Below are positions 8,830 through 21,302 of a stretch of 64,000 nucleotides of DNA, piece by piece; position 1 is the stretch's first letter, and every line of letters begins with the position of its first letter. This stretch comes from Candidatus Omnitrophota bacterium (GTDB taxonomy: Bacteria; Omnitrophota; Gorgyraeia; 2-01-FULL-45-10). Location: positions 11,711 to 75,710 of the forward strand of contig JAQVUX010000002.1 of NCBI GenBank assembly GCA_028699255.1, read 5' to 3'. A program made the position numbers and the translations under genes. The notes beneath the pieces are model-generated. The model worked only from the letters and a program-made list of their open reading frames with translations, was not told the origin of the DNA and ran no database searches.

Positions 8830-9168
8830 ATGAAAAAAATAGAAGCTGTTATACGACCCGAGAAACTCGATGCAGTCCGACAAGCCCTGGAAAAGGTCGA
8901 TTGTGGCGGACTCATGATCAGTGAGATCGAAGGACATGGCAAACAGAAGGGCGTTGTACAGCAGTGGCGTGGAGAAAAATACAGGATGGAGCTGCTTCCA
9001 AAAATGAAAGTCGACGTAGTAGTGAATGATAAAGATGTAGATTCAATAATTAAAACTATAATAAAAGCCGCGAAAACCGGAGAAGTGGGTGACGGGAAGA
9101 TATTTATTTCGGATATACAGGATGCCGTACGTATCCGAACGGGAGAAAAAGGCGAAACGGCTGTTTAA
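8830..9168 (+). CDS. glnK: Nitrogen regulatory protein P-II
   Basis: 112 aa. MKKIEAVIRPEKLD...RGEKYRMELLPKMK is the T-loop with the conserved Tyr. Located directly downstream of amt, as in canonical amtB-glnK pairs. Confidence 0.9.
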   Translation: MKKIEAVIRPEKLDAVRQALEKVDCGGLMISEIEGHGKQKGVVQQWRGEKYRMELLPKMKVDVVVNDKDVDSIIKTIIKAAKTGEVGDGKIFISDIQDAVRIRTGEKGETAV

Positions 9169-9226
9169 AGGATAAATAAGGGTGTCCGCCGGTGGGGATA
9201 ACATCGGCGGACACAACATAATTTAT

Positions 9227-10621
9227 ATGGTCAATGCAATATTATATTACGTAATCGGCATTATCGCGACTGTGTGGGCATCGTCTTTTTTGGGGCTTAC
9301 CGCAAAGCAGTTGATGGCAATAGGCGGGTTCTCTTCTATATTTTTCGGAGCTATTTTTTTCTGGCGCCATCGTCTTGTGTTCGCATTCTTCGGAGTGGGC
9401 ATGCTTTTAACATTGGGCCTACTGGACGTACCACACGTGATCGAATTTGCCGGCATCGACATTGTCCTGTTCCTGATATCAATGATGATAATCATAGGAT
9501 TTCTCGAAGAGAAGCAATTTTTTGAACACCTTGTTAATAAATTGATAGCGCTTGTAGGGACTAATGGCCATCTCCTTTTTATCCTTTTGATGGTAGCATC
9601 CTTCGCTTCAGCCGCTCTTGTAGATGAGATAACCTCTATATTATTTATGAGTGCCGCAATGCTCAATCTTACTTCGCGGTTTAAACTAAACCCTATTCCA
9701 TTCATCATTATGATAGTTTTCGCGACAAATGTTGGTTCGAGCGCGACCGTAATAGGCAATCCCGTAGGGGTAATAATCGCACTAAGGAGCGGACTCGGTT
9801 TTATGGAATTCCTGCGGTGGGCGGCGCCTATATCACTCGTGGTTCTGGTTGTTACCATCGGGCTTTTCTATATATATTATGCCAGACCCATTCGACAGTT
9901 CAATGAAGCTTTTAAAGCTCACAAGAAAGAAATGGCAGGCAAGGCCGTACTTCTGGAAGGCGCTCATCTTTATAAGAAAGCCTTTATCCCGGGCATCCTT
10001 TTTGCGTGCGTGATACTTGGGCTTGTCTTTCATGCCGGGATAGAGCATTTTTTTGCTCTGGAAAAGAATACGATGCTTCTCGGAAGCGCGATACTGGGCG
10101 CATGCGCCGCACTCGCACTTCATAAAAACGAGGCGCGGGGCCTGGTAGAAAAACGCATCGACTGGTGGACGCTCGCCTTCTTTTTATTTCTGTTCGCATC
10201 TGTAGGTACATTAAAATATCAGGGCATAACCGGTGTATTGGCCCATAGAATAATGGAAGTTGCAGGAAATAATGTCCCCGCTTTGGTAAGTATATTTATA
10301 TGGGCATCGGGTGCGCTTACTTCCGTTATAGATAATGTGCTGGCCGTGTCGACCTTCGTTCCTATAGTTAAGGATATAGGGACTGCCGGAGTGCATTCGC
10401 CTTCGCTGTGGTGGGCGATACTGTTTGGCTCTACAATACTCGGTAATTTAACCATAATAGGCAGTACCGCCAATATGGTGGCTGTAGGCGTTATGGAACG
10501 GCGTAAGCTTGGCCAGATAAGTTTTTTAGAATGGTTAAAGGCGGGGGTCGTTGTGGCGATCCCATCTCTTATCGTTGCGCACCTACTGATCCTTGCGCAA
10601 TTGAAGTGGATGGTTAAATAA
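9227..10621 (+). CDS. ArsB/NhaD (CitMHS) superfamily anion permease
   Basis: About 12 TM segments with an internal repeat. Central soluble loop. Blocks such as NVGSSATVIGNPVGVII and TIIGSTANMV. Start placed at ATG 9227 because 9182-9212 forms a 9-bp hairpin (TGTCCGCCG...CGGCGGACA). Confidence 0.6.
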   Translation: MVNAILYYVIGIIATVWASSFLGLTAKQLMAIGGFSSIFFGAIFFWRHRLVFAFFGVGMLLTLGLLDVPHVIEFAGIDIVLFLISMMIIIGFLEEKQFFEHLVNKLIALVGTNGHLLFILLMVASFASAALVDEITSILFMSAAMLNLTSRFKLNPIPFIIMIVFATNVGSSATVIGNPVGVIIALRSGLGFMEFLRWAAPISLVVLVVTIGLFYIYYARPIRQFNEAFKAHKKEMAGKAVLLEGAHLYKKAFIPGILFACVILGLVFHAGIEHFFALEKNTMLLGSAILGACAALALHKNEARGLVEKRIDWWTLAFFLFLFASVGTLKYQGITGVLAHRIMEVAGNNVPALVSIFIWASGALTSVIDNVLAVSTFVPIVKDIGTAGVHSPSLWWAILFGSTILGNLTIIGSTANMVAVGVMERRKLGQISFLEWLKAGVVVAIPSLIVAHLLILAQLKWMVK

Positions 10622-10636
10622 AAGGAGGAAGTGGTT

Positions 10637-12142
10637 ATGAATAAGAAAAAAACATTAAAAAAAGAGGTCAAGTTGGCAAACCCGCTTATAAACGGCTCAT
10701 TTAATGAAAAGGCCGCAAGGGGTGTGTTGAAATTAATCAAAGAGAAGAACATCCAGATAATCGATCTGAAATTTAACGACCTGCCTGGCCTGTGGCAGCA
10801 TTTTTCCATACCCGCGAGGGAAATGCTGAATATGGAGGATATTACGAGATCTATCTGGGTCGACGGCATCGGTTTCGACGGTTCTTCGATACGAGGTTTT
10901 CAGAAGATACAGGAATCGGACATGATACTGATACCGGATCCGGATACTGCTGTGGTCGATCCGGTATGTGAAGTGCCGACTTTAAGTATCATATGCGATA
11001 TTTATGATCCGTTAACGAGAAAAGCTTATACGCGCGATCCCCGGTATATAGCTAAGAAAGCGGAAAAATATCTAAACACAACAGGCATAGCCGATACGAT
11101 TTATTTTGGCCCCGAAGCCGAGTTCTTCATCTTTAATGATATCCGTTTCGACCAGACGGAGAATTCCGGATACTACTTTATAGATTCTCAAGAAGCCGAT
11201 TGGAACACCGGAAGGATAGAAAATCCGAATCTTGGATATAAGATTCGTTTTAAGGAAGGTTATTTTCCTGTACCGCCGAATGATTCTATCCAGGATTTAA
11301 GAAGCAGAATGATCCTCAAGATGATAGAGTCGGGTATAAATGTGGAAGTGCACCATCATGAAGTTGCGACAGCCGGGCAGTGCGAAATAGATATGAGATT
11401 TGATAAACTGACAAAAATGGGCGACAGCCTCCTGCTGTATAAGTATATAGTAAAGAATATGGCGAAAAAAGCCGGGATGGTGGCAACCTTTATGCCGAAG
11501 CCGCTTTTTGCGGATAACGGATCCGGCATGCACTGCCATCAAAGCTTGTGGAAAGACGGAGTAAATCTGTTTTACGATAAAAAAGGTTATGCGTTATTAA
11601 GCCAGACGGCAAAGTATTATATAGGAGGGTTGCTTAAGCACGCAAACTCACTTATGGCTTTTTGCGCGCCGACGACCAATTCATACAAGCGCTTAGTCCC
11701 GGGCTATGAAGCTCCGGTAAATCTGGTCTATTCAGCAAGAAACCGGTCGGCCGCGGTTAGAATACCTATGTATTCCGATAGTCCTAAATCAAAGAGAATA
11801 GAATTCCGCCCACCCGATCCTGCCTGTAACGGATATCTGGCATTCAGCGCGATGTTGATGGCAGGTCTCGACGGTATCCAAAATAAGATAGATCCGGGGA
11901 ACCCGACAGATACGGACCTGTTTGACTTAAATGAAGAAGAGCTTTCGAGAATCCCAACGGTGCCGTCATCCCTGAGGCGCGCGGTCGATGCGCTTGAGGC
12001 GGATCATGAATATCTGTTAAAAGGCGGCGTGTTTACAAAAGACGTTATCGACGTGTGGCTTGAATACAAGAGAAAGAAAGAGATAGATCCGGTCAGGATG
12101 AGACCGCATCCGTATGAGTTCTATTTATATTTCGATATATAG
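10637..12142 (+). CDS. glnA: Glutamine synthetase type I
   Basis: [20 protein letters not shown] and [14 protein letters not shown] are GSI signature blocks. ATG 10637 lies 7 nt after an AAAGGAGGA RBS. Confidence 0.9.
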   Translation: MNKKKTLKKEVKLANPLINGSFNEKAARGVLKLIKEKNIQIIDLKFNDLPGLWQHFSIPAREMLNMEDITRSIWVDGIGFDGSSIRGFQKIQESDMILIPDPDTAVVDPVCEVPTLSIICDIYDPLTRKAYTRDPRYIAKKAEKYLNTTGIADTIYFGPEAEFFIFNDIRFDQTENSGYYFIDSQEADWNTGRIENPNLGYKIRFKEGYFPVPPNDSIQDLRSRMILKMIESGINVEVHHHEVATAGQCEIDMRFDKLTKMGDSLLLYKYIVKNMAKKAGMVATFMPKPLFADNGSGMHCHQSLWKDGVNLFYDKKGYALLSQTAKYYIGGLLKHANSLMAFCAPTTNSYKRLVPGYEAPVNLVYSARNRSAAVRIPMYSDSPKSKRIEFRPPDPACNGYLAFSAMLMAGLDGIQNKIDPGNPTDTDLFDLNEEELSRIPTVPSSLRRAVDALEADHEYLLKGGVFTKDVIDVWLEYKRKKEIDPVRMRPHPYEFYLYFDI

Positions 12143-12156
12143 GAGTATGAGTAATT

Positions 12157-12870
12157 ATGTCAGGACGGATATTGATCATAAAGCATGTTGAAATCGAAGG
12201 TGCGGGCACCATTGAGCGTTTTTTTCAAAATACTGATTGGTCGCTTGCGACACTCGATTTTACCGCCGGAGGCTTTCCTCCGGACGATCTTAATGATATC
12301 AAAGCGATAATATCTATGGGCGGCCCTATGAATGTTTATGAAGAAGCCGATTATCCTTTTTTGAGGGACGAGGATCTGTTCTTGAAAAAAGCCATCAAGA
12401 AAGAGATCCCGATTCTGGGGATATGCTTAGGTGCTCAATTACTGGCGAAGGCCTGCGGCGCGGAAGTAAGGAAGGCTCCGGAGAAAGAAATGGGTTGGCA
12501 TAGGATAGAATTAACGGCTGATGGAGAAAAGGATCCGTTTTTTGCCGGATTATCCAAGGAACTCGAAGTATTTCAATGGCATGAAGATGCATTTGATATT
12601 CCGAAAAGCGCGGTGTGCCTGGCTAATTCTAAATCCTGTCATAATCAGGCGTTTAGATTTGGTAAAAATGCTTATGGCTTACAATTTCACATAGAAGTTA
12701 CGCCGGCCATAATAGGATCATGGGTAAAAGAATATATAAAAGATGAAAAAGAACGTCTTGTCGCCAAGGATATGCTGATAGACGCATATGAAAAAAGAGA
12801 GGCGTTTGAAAAACAGGCTAACATGGTATATTTAAATTTCGCAAAGATCATGGCGGGTTTTACTAAATAG
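12157..12870 (+). CDS. Class-I glutamine amidotransferase-like protein
   Basis: GATase1 nucleophile elbow ILGICLGAQLL, plus HED/HIE region (QFHIEV). Confidence 0.7.
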   Translation: MSGRILIIKHVEIEGAGTIERFFQNTDWSLATLDFTAGGFPPDDLNDIKAIISMGGPMNVYEEADYPFLRDEDLFLKKAIKKEIPILGICLGAQLLAKACGAEVRKAPEKEMGWHRIELTADGEKDPFFAGLSKELEVFQWHEDAFDIPKSAVCLANSKSCHNQAFRFGKNAYGLQFHIEVTPAIIGSWVKEYIKDEKERLVAKDMLIDAYEKREAFEKQANMVYLNFAKIMAGFTK

Positions 12871-12897
12871 TTTTCCGCGCAATTCCAGGTCGTACCA

Positions 12898-12932
12898 GAA
12901 ATGTCCGCCCTCCCCTACGAGGCGGACATTTC
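12898..12932 (+). terminator. 12-bp perfect stem-loop after the GATase gene (no U-tract)
   Basis: GAAATGTCCGCC-tcccctacga-GGCGGACATTTC. Confidence 0.35.
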
Positions 12933-13008
12933 GTATCAATTTAGCTAATCGCCACAGAGCTCCCCGCCACCGTTAGAGTGAGGAATGGGTTCAATAGTTA
13001 TAATTTGC

Positions 13009-13036
13009 TTGTTTATCGCCGCAAAGCCATTATAAT
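13009..13036 (+). promoter_or_regulatory. Possible sigma70 promoter TTGTTT-16-TATAAT ahead of the malic-enzyme gene
   Basis: Hexamers read by eye in the 13000-13040 intergenic region. Weak -35. Confidence 0.3.
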
Positions 13037-13061
13037 ATATTTTATACCAAGGAGAGAAGAA

Positions 13062-14435
13062 ATGGCGGAAATAGAAAAGCATTCACATAAGATCGCAAAA
13101 AAGATAAGGTTCAGGATACCGGATGTCCCCGGAGCGCTTGGCGCCCTCGCGCTTGGACTTGGCACGGAAGAGGTTACTTTAGGCGACATAGCCCGGGTGC
13201 ATCTTACCTCTAATTATGTAGTGAGGGATATTACCGCGTTTTTTGATGACGAGGAACATTTTCTTAAAGCAATGACTGCCGTCAAAAAACTCAAAGGTTA
13301 TAAGATGCTGGGTGTGCAGAATGAGGTTTTAAATTTACACAAAGGCGGAAAGATAGAGATAAAGCCCCGCGTGAAGTTCGAGACCCTAAATGATCTGCGC
13401 ATGATATATACTCCCGGCGTTGCGCAGGTATGTAATTATATAGTTGCGCATCCTGACGAGGCGAAAAAATATACATCCATAGGCAATACCGTATGTATCG
13501 CGACGAATGGCTCGGCAGTACTGGGGCTTGGGGATATCGGTGTTCTGGCCGCGATGCCTGTAATGGAAGGCAAGTCGATCATACTTAATAAGATGGGTGG
13601 CGTGAGCTGTATCCCGCTGTTATTGGAAAGCGCCGATGCAGATGTAATAGTTAATACGCTCTCCTGTGTCGCGGAAACATTCGGCGCTATCATGATAGAG
13701 GATGTTAAGGCGCCTCTTTGTTTTGAGATAGAGCAAAGGTTGCAGAAGAAAGTCAGGATACCGGTATTCCATGACGATCAGCATGGCACCGCCACCGTTA
13801 TATTGGCCTCATTGATCAAGGCGCTTAGAATCACCAAGAAGAGGAAAGAGAAAGTAAATATCGTGATAAACGGCGCTGGCGCGGCCGGCATTGCCACGGC
13901 GAAGCTTCTTTTGGAATATGGTTTTAAGAACATAGTGCTGTGCGACAGGGCCGGAGCTATATATAAAGGCAGAACGAACGACATGAACGGATTTAAAAAA
14001 GAGATTGCCCTCATCACTAACAAGCGCAGGGAAAAAGGCGCTCTGAAGGATGTATTTAAAGGTAAAGATGTTTTTATAGGCCTATCGGCACCCGGGCTCG
14101 TTACAAAAGAAATGGTAAAAACCATGAATAAACGGCCGGTCATTTTCGCAATGGCTAATCCTGTGCCGGAAATATGGCCGAAAGACGCCGAAGAAGCGGG
14201 GGCCGCTATCGCGATGGATGGCCGGACGGTAAACAATGCGCTTGTGTTCCCTGGAATCATGCGCGGTACGCTCGACTCGCGTGCTCGCGAAGTAACCAGT
14301 TGCATGAAATTTGCCGCCGCCGAAACGGTCGCGTCATTAGCCGGCAAAAATGAAGTTGTTCCGAATTTCATGAATACCGCCGTGCATAAAAGCGTGGCAA
14401 AAGCCGTATTCTTCGCCGCGTCGCGGGGAAAATAA
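13062..14435 (+). CDS. NAD(P)-dependent malic enzyme with N-terminal ACT-like domain
   Basis: IYTPGVAQVC, PVFHDDQHGTA and NGAGAAGIA Rossmann blocks match malic enzyme. Start placed at ATG 13062, after an AAGGAGAG RBS. Confidence 0.85.
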   Translation: MAEIEKHSHKIAKKIRFRIPDVPGALGALALGLGTEEVTLGDIARVHLTSNYVVRDITAFFDDEEHFLKAMTAVKKLKGYKMLGVQNEVLNLHKGGKIEIKPRVKFETLNDLRMIYTPGVAQVCNYIVAHPDEAKKYTSIGNTVCIATNGSAVLGLGDIGVLAAMPVMEGKSIILNKMGGVSCIPLLLESADADVIVNTLSCVAETFGAIMIEDVKAPLCFEIEQRLQKKVRIPVFHDDQHGTATVILASLIKALRITKKRKEKVNIVINGAGAAGIATAKLLLEYGFKNIVLCDRAGAIYKGRTNDMNGFKKEIALITNKRREKGALKDVFKGKDVFIGLSAPGLVTKEMVKTMNKRPVIFAMANPVPEIWPKDAEEAGAAIAMDGRTVNNALVFPGIMRGTLDSRAREVTSCMKFAAAETVASLAGKNEVVPNFMNTAVHKSVAKAVFFAASRGK

Positions 14436-14491
14436 ATATTGACAAGCGGGCGTAAAAGGTTTAAATTATACGAAAAGATAAGTATGAGACA

Positions 14492-14531
14492 AAGACGTCC
14501 ATATAGTATTTGTGGACGTCTTTTTTATTTT
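14492..14531 (+). terminator. Rho-independent terminator
   Basis: AAGACGTCCA-tatagtatttg-TGGACGTCTT followed by TTTTTTATTTTT. Confidence 0.7.
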
Positions 14532-14567
14532 TGAATGCCTAAAAAATGTGCAATCGGGAAATATCAT

Positions 14568-15398
14568 ATGAAGATACTCGAGAAGGAAGTTTTGGTAGAT
14601 AGCCAGGGGGTGAGAATAGTGAAGATCACTATTCGGTCTCCGGATATCGCGGCGAAAGCAAAGGCAGGACAATTTGTCGTTCTGATGGTGAAGGAAGAGG
14701 GCGAGAGAATACCTCTGACTGTCGTGAAAGCAGATGCGGCAAAGGGTACCATCGTGCTTATCGCTCAGGAGGCAGGGCTTACTACGAAGCTATTAGGTAA
14801 GGCTGTCCCGGGAGATTCGCTCTATTCCCTTGTAGGCCCATTAGGCCATCCGACAGAAATAAAGAAATACGGTAAAGTTATTCTTGTAGGCGGCGGCGTT
14901 GGGATAGCGGAGATACTGCCTGTTGCCAGAGCTATGAAGAACGCAGGTAATCACGTGACCGTTATTATCGGTTCGCGCGCCAAAGAGCTTTTGATACTCG
15001 AGCGCGACCTGAAAGAATCTTCGGACGAGTTTATTGTCATGACCGACGATGGTTCATATGGCCGTAAGGGATTTGTTACCGAAGCGCTCAAAGAACTTCT
15101 CGAAAAATCAAAATACGATCTCGTTTACGCGGTAGGCCCGATACCCATGATGAGAGCGGTTTCCATGGTGACGAAAGCTTCGGGCGTTCTTACTCTGGTA
15201 TCGCTCAATGCGGTAATGGTCGACGGTACCGGGATGTGCGGTTGTTGCAGGGTCACTGTCGGCAAAGAGGTGAAGTTCAGCTGTGTCGACGGCCCGGAGT
15301 TTGACGCAAGCCAGGTCGATTGGCAGGAACTTTTAAGCCGTAATAATATTTATTCCGAAAAAGAAAAACATATCTGTCGTCTTCATGGGGCGGGTTAA
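14568..15398 (+). CDS. FAD/NAD(P)-binding oxidoreductase with C-terminal Cys cluster (NfnA/SudB/PyrK-like small partner of the GltD-type subunit)
   Basis: Ferredoxin-reductase-type FAD and NAD domains (GQFVVLMV, LVGGGVGIAEIL) and a CGCCRV...C cluster. Start uncertain: 14535 and 14568 are both possible, and the RBS is weak for both. Confidence 0.75.
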   Translation: MKILEKEVLVDSQGVRIVKITIRSPDIAAKAKAGQFVVLMVKEEGERIPLTVVKADAAKGTIVLIAQEAGLTTKLLGKAVPGDSLYSLVGPLGHPTEIKKYGKVILVGGGVGIAEILPVARAMKNAGNHVTVIIGSRAKELLILERDLKESSDEFIVMTDDGSYGRKGFVTEALKELLEKSKYDLVYAVGPIPMMRAVSMVTKASGVLTLVSLNAVMVDGTGMCGCCRVTVGKEVKFSCVDGPEFDASQVDWQELLSRNNIYSEKEKHICRLHGAG

Positions 15399-15403
15399 TT
15401 CAT

Positions 15404-18182
<2,779 letters not shown>

Positions 18183-18210
18183 AACATAAGCCTCTTTTGC
18201 CGGTAGTAAA

Positions 18211-18252
18211 CAAAAATCCTATGACTTCGTTCATTAAGCCATAGGATTTTTG
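18211..18252 (+). terminator. Long stem-loop (13 bp) after gdhA
   Basis: CAAAAATCCTATG...CATAGGATTTTTG followed by TTTCTAAT. The U-tract is weak. Confidence 0.5.
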
Positions 18253-18386
18253 TTTCTAATGCGCAGGCGTGTTTCTTTCCAATAAAGCCGCCCGTTAATA
18301 TATTTGCAAAATTCAATAATGAATGGTATATTTATAATATGAATAAATGTTCAATTATTGAAAAATACAACCGGAAGGATACGGCA

Positions 18387-19007
18387 ATGGCTACTATCGA
18401 TAGGAAGGAAAGAGATAAGCAACTACGGAAGACGGATATCTTAAAGGCGGCGGAATCTGTATTCGCGTCCAAAGGGTATCACGACGCGACTATACAGGAT
18501 ATCGCCAAAGTGGCCCAGTACGGGACCGGAACAGTTTATCTGTATTTCAAGGATAAGAACGCGCTATATTTTTCTCTCCTGGAGGAAAAAATAAAGAGTT
18601 TGGCGAAAACGGTGCAGGAAAAGATAAAGGATATTAAGGATGCCAGAAAGAAGCTGGAGGTTTTTATACAGGAGAGCCTCATCTTTTTCGAACAGAACCA
18701 GAGTTTCTTCCGTATATATATGCTTGAAAAAAGTTCCCTCCAGCTGATAGTGGGGAAGGAGGCTTCCGAATCCTTCGCGTCGATAGAATATCTTACGGAT
18801 TACGTTGAGGATATCATCAGGTTGGCGCAAAAGCAGGAAGTCATAAGAAAAGATTGCAACGCCTCGGAAGTCGCGGATGTATTGACGTCGATCATGGGTT
18901 CTATGATTATAAATTGGACGAAAACGAAATCGGGTAACGCGGGCAATCTAATCGACAAGGCCGGTTTTATTTTTAACATGTTCTTAAACGGTGTCGGCAA
19001 AAAATAA
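18387..19007 (+). CDS. TetR/AcrR-family transcriptional regulator
   Basis: TetR HTH: ILKAAESVFASKGYHDATIQDIAKVAQYGTGTVYLYFKDK. Start at ATG 18387, after a GGAAGGA RBS. Confidence 0.8.
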   Translation: MATIDRKERDKQLRKTDILKAAESVFASKGYHDATIQDIAKVAQYGTGTVYLYFKDKNALYFSLLEEKIKSLAKTVQEKIKDIKDARKKLEVFIQESLIFFEQNQSFFRIYMLEKSSLQLIVGKEASESFASIEYLTDYVEDIIRLAQKQEVIRKDCNASEVADVLTSIMGSMIINWTKTKSGNAGNLIDKAGFIFNMFLNGVGKK

Positions 19008-19009
19008 TG

Positions 19010-19040
19010 TTGACAGGTAGTAAAAATGAATGGTACCATT
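19010..19040 (+). promoter_or_regulatory. Promoter TTGACA-18-TACCAT overlapped by the perfect palindrome AATGGTACCATT, a candidate TetR operator
   Basis: Palindrome at 19029-19040. A half-site AATGAATGGTA recurs at 18318-18328 in the tetR upstream region, next to TTGCAA-17-TATATT. Confidence 0.4.
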
Positions 19041-19095
19041 TATATATGAATTATAATTCAAAAAACGATTTAACATTCAAGAAAAAGGCATATTT

Positions 19096-20445
19096 ATGAT
19101 TTCCAGGAAAATGATCCTATCGGTTCTGATTGTGCTGATTAGCTACTCTCCGTTTTGCGCTTACGGCGCGGAATCTTTTGGAAGTCTCAAAGAAAAGAGC
19201 GATAGGCTACTTACGATACCGGAGGGCATCTCCATAGTACTTAAAGACAGCCGGCTCGTAAAGATCGAAATAGCCGGCAAAGATATGTCTTTTGATGATA
19301 CTCTTATAGCGCTATCTCCGCTACTACCCCATTTGAGCGCCAGTATTTCCAAGACGTATAATAAGTATACACCGGAAATGATGTTCGGAGCGGTAGCGGT
19401 GCCTATGGGCGATCGGAATCCGTTCTCCGGCGGCATCGATGTATATCAGACTCTATTCGATTTCGGCAAAAGCATTTCGAACTATAAAGCATCTACGGAA
19501 ATGCTAAACGCTCGCAAGGCGAGCGTGGAAAGCGTGAAGAGGACAATAACGCTCGAGTTCATAGTTTCTTACTTCGATTTATTAGAGACGGAAAAAATGA
19601 TCGCGGTGGCCGGCAAAGAAGTCGATAGCCTTACCTCTTACCTTAATGATATGGAGCACCTCTACACGCAGGGCGTTATTGTAGAGAATGACCTTTTGCC
19701 GGCGAAGGTGAAGCTTGCCGATGCCAAACAAAAACTCATAGCTTCCGGCAACAGGCGGGAGGTGGTCGCCTCCGCTATCAATACGATGCTCACCATGCCG
19801 CTTACAGAAGGCATAATCACTCAGGATGTTACGGGGGAGGTGCCGGCACTTCCCGAATTAAGTGATGCCTGGGTCTGCGCGGAAGCTAAAAGGCCGGAGA
19901 TATTATTCTTTAATAAACAGATCAAGTCTTCCGCTTTAAGGGAACAGGCCAAGACGGTTCAGAACCTTCCTACCGTTTTTGTCGACGGCGGTTACGCTTA
20001 TACGCAGAATCAATACATGGTTCACGAAGATAACGCGTACGTCAAGTTAGGCGCGAAGATGGATCTGTATGATGGCGGCCTGACCGGCGCGGAGATCATG
20101 AAAGAGCGCAACATGAACAAGCAACTTCACGAGCAGAAGAGTAAAATAGTCGAAGATATTCGATATGAGGTCAAACGTAGTTTTCTCGGATTAAAAGATG
20201 CTATTGAGAAAATGGAGGTTGCCAAGGGCGCTTTACAGCAGGCCGAAGAGAACCTGCGTTTTTACCGTGTCAAATACAATAACGGCGCCGCGACTTCGAC
20301 GGATGTTCTCGAGGCTATCAATCTTCAGACCAAAGCCGAGACCAACTATTACAGCGCGGATTATGAGTTAAAACGCTGTTACGCGAAACTGGTATATTCT
20401 ACAGGGAACGATTTGATGTCGATTTACAATAAAACGGAGAAATAG
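19096..20445 (+). CDS. TolC-family outer-membrane efflux protein
   Basis: Signal peptide. Two OEP repeats with a coiled-coil-rich alpha/beta pattern. Positioned first in the efflux operon. Confidence 0.75.
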   Translation: MISRKMILSVLIVLISYSPFCAYGAESFGSLKEKSDRLLTIPEGISIVLKDSRLVKIEIAGKDMSFDDTLIALSPLLPHLSASISKTYNKYTPEMMFGAVAVPMGDRNPFSGGIDVYQTLFDFGKSISNYKASTEMLNARKASVESVKRTITLEFIVSYFDLLETEKMIAVAGKEVDSLTSYLNDMEHLYTQGVIVENDLLPAKVKLADAKQKLIASGNRREVVASAINTMLTMPLTEGIITQDVTGEVPALPELSDAWVCAEAKRPEILFFNKQIKSSALREQAKTVQNLPTVFVDGGYAYTQNQYMVHEDNAYVKLGAKMDLYDGGLTGAEIMKERNMNKQLHEQKSKIVEDIRYEVKRSFLGLKDAIEKMEVAKGALQQAEENLRFYRVKYNNGAATSTDVLEAINLQTKAETNYYSADYELKRCYAKLVYSTGNDLMSIYNKTEK

Positions 20446-20447
20446 CC

Positions 20448-21302
20448 ATGGCACATAAAAAGAGCAGGAAGATATTTTTTATTATAGCAGTAACGCTGAT
20501 CGGCGGCATATTTCTCGCGCGCTATGTCATGGGTAATTTCGGTTATGTCAGTACAGATGACGCTTATGTCGAAGGCAGGATCCACAGCATAGCATCGAAG
20601 ATCCCCGGTACAGTCAAGTTAGTTAATGTTACAGATAATCAGATCGTCAGCGAAGGCGATGTTCTTATCGAGATCGACCCGGTAGATTACGAGCTCAAAG
20701 TTGCCGAGGCGTCGGCTAACCTTGATATGCGAAAGGCCGCTCTCGAAGACGCTCAGTGCGACAAAGTACGCGCGGAGGCGCTTTATAACGAAAAGGTATT
20801 CCCGAAAGAGCGCTATGAGAACGCGCTTACCGCGTTTAGCCTGGCGAAAGCCCAGACAGATTCCGCCGAGGCACAGATGAAGATCGCTCAGAAAAATATG
20901 GATTATACCAAGATATGCGCTCCGTCGGGCGGCTATATAACCAAAAAATCGGTAGAGGTGGGTAACCAGATACAGTCCGCGCAACCTCTGCTGGCGGTTG
21001 TTCCCAGAGATATGTGGGTAGTGGCGAATTTCAAAGAGACGGAATTGGCTCACATGCGCCCTGGACAGGACGTCGAGATACGGGTAGACGCTTATCCGGG
21101 TCATGTGCTGAAGGGGCATGTAGATAGTGTCCAGCGCGGCACCGGGGCCAAATTCAGCATGTTCCCTCCCGAGAACGCCGCGGGCAATTTTGTTAAAGTC
21201 GTCCAACGCATCCCGGTGAAGATAGTCTTCGATAAAGAACAGGATGAAAAACATCCTTTAAGCATAGGCATGTCCGTCGTTCCAAAAGTCAAGGTGCGTT
21301 GA
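20448..21302 (+). CDS. HlyD/EmrA-family membrane-fusion (periplasmic adaptor) protein
   Basis: N-terminal TM helix, biotinyl-lipoyl-like and coiled-coil segments, and a C-terminal beta-barrel (VVQRIPVKIVFD). Confidence 0.8.
   Translation: MAHKKSRKIFFIIAVTLIGGIFLARYVMGNFGYVSTDDAYVEGRIHSIASKIPGTVKLVNVTDNQIVSEGDVLIEIDPVDYELKVAEASANLDMRKAALEDAQCDKVRAEALYNEKVFPKERYENALTAFSLAKAQTDSAEAQMKIAQKNMDYTKICAPSGGYITKKSVEVGNQIQSAQPLLAVVPRDMWVVANFKETELAHMRPGQDVEIRVDAYPGHVLKGHVDSVQRGTGAKFSMFPPENAAGNFVKVVQRIPVKIVFDKEQDEKHPLSIGMSVVPKVKVR

Noticed and set aside
10219-10869. 216-aa minus-strand ORF antisense to the ArsB/NhaD permease / glnA junction (also 9247-9858)
   Set aside because: Antisense shadow ORFs with no sequence signature of real proteins. 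The + strand genes are well supported.
13778-14371. 197-aa minus-strand ORF inside the malic-enzyme gene
   Set aside because: Antisense to a conserved enzyme. No start context.
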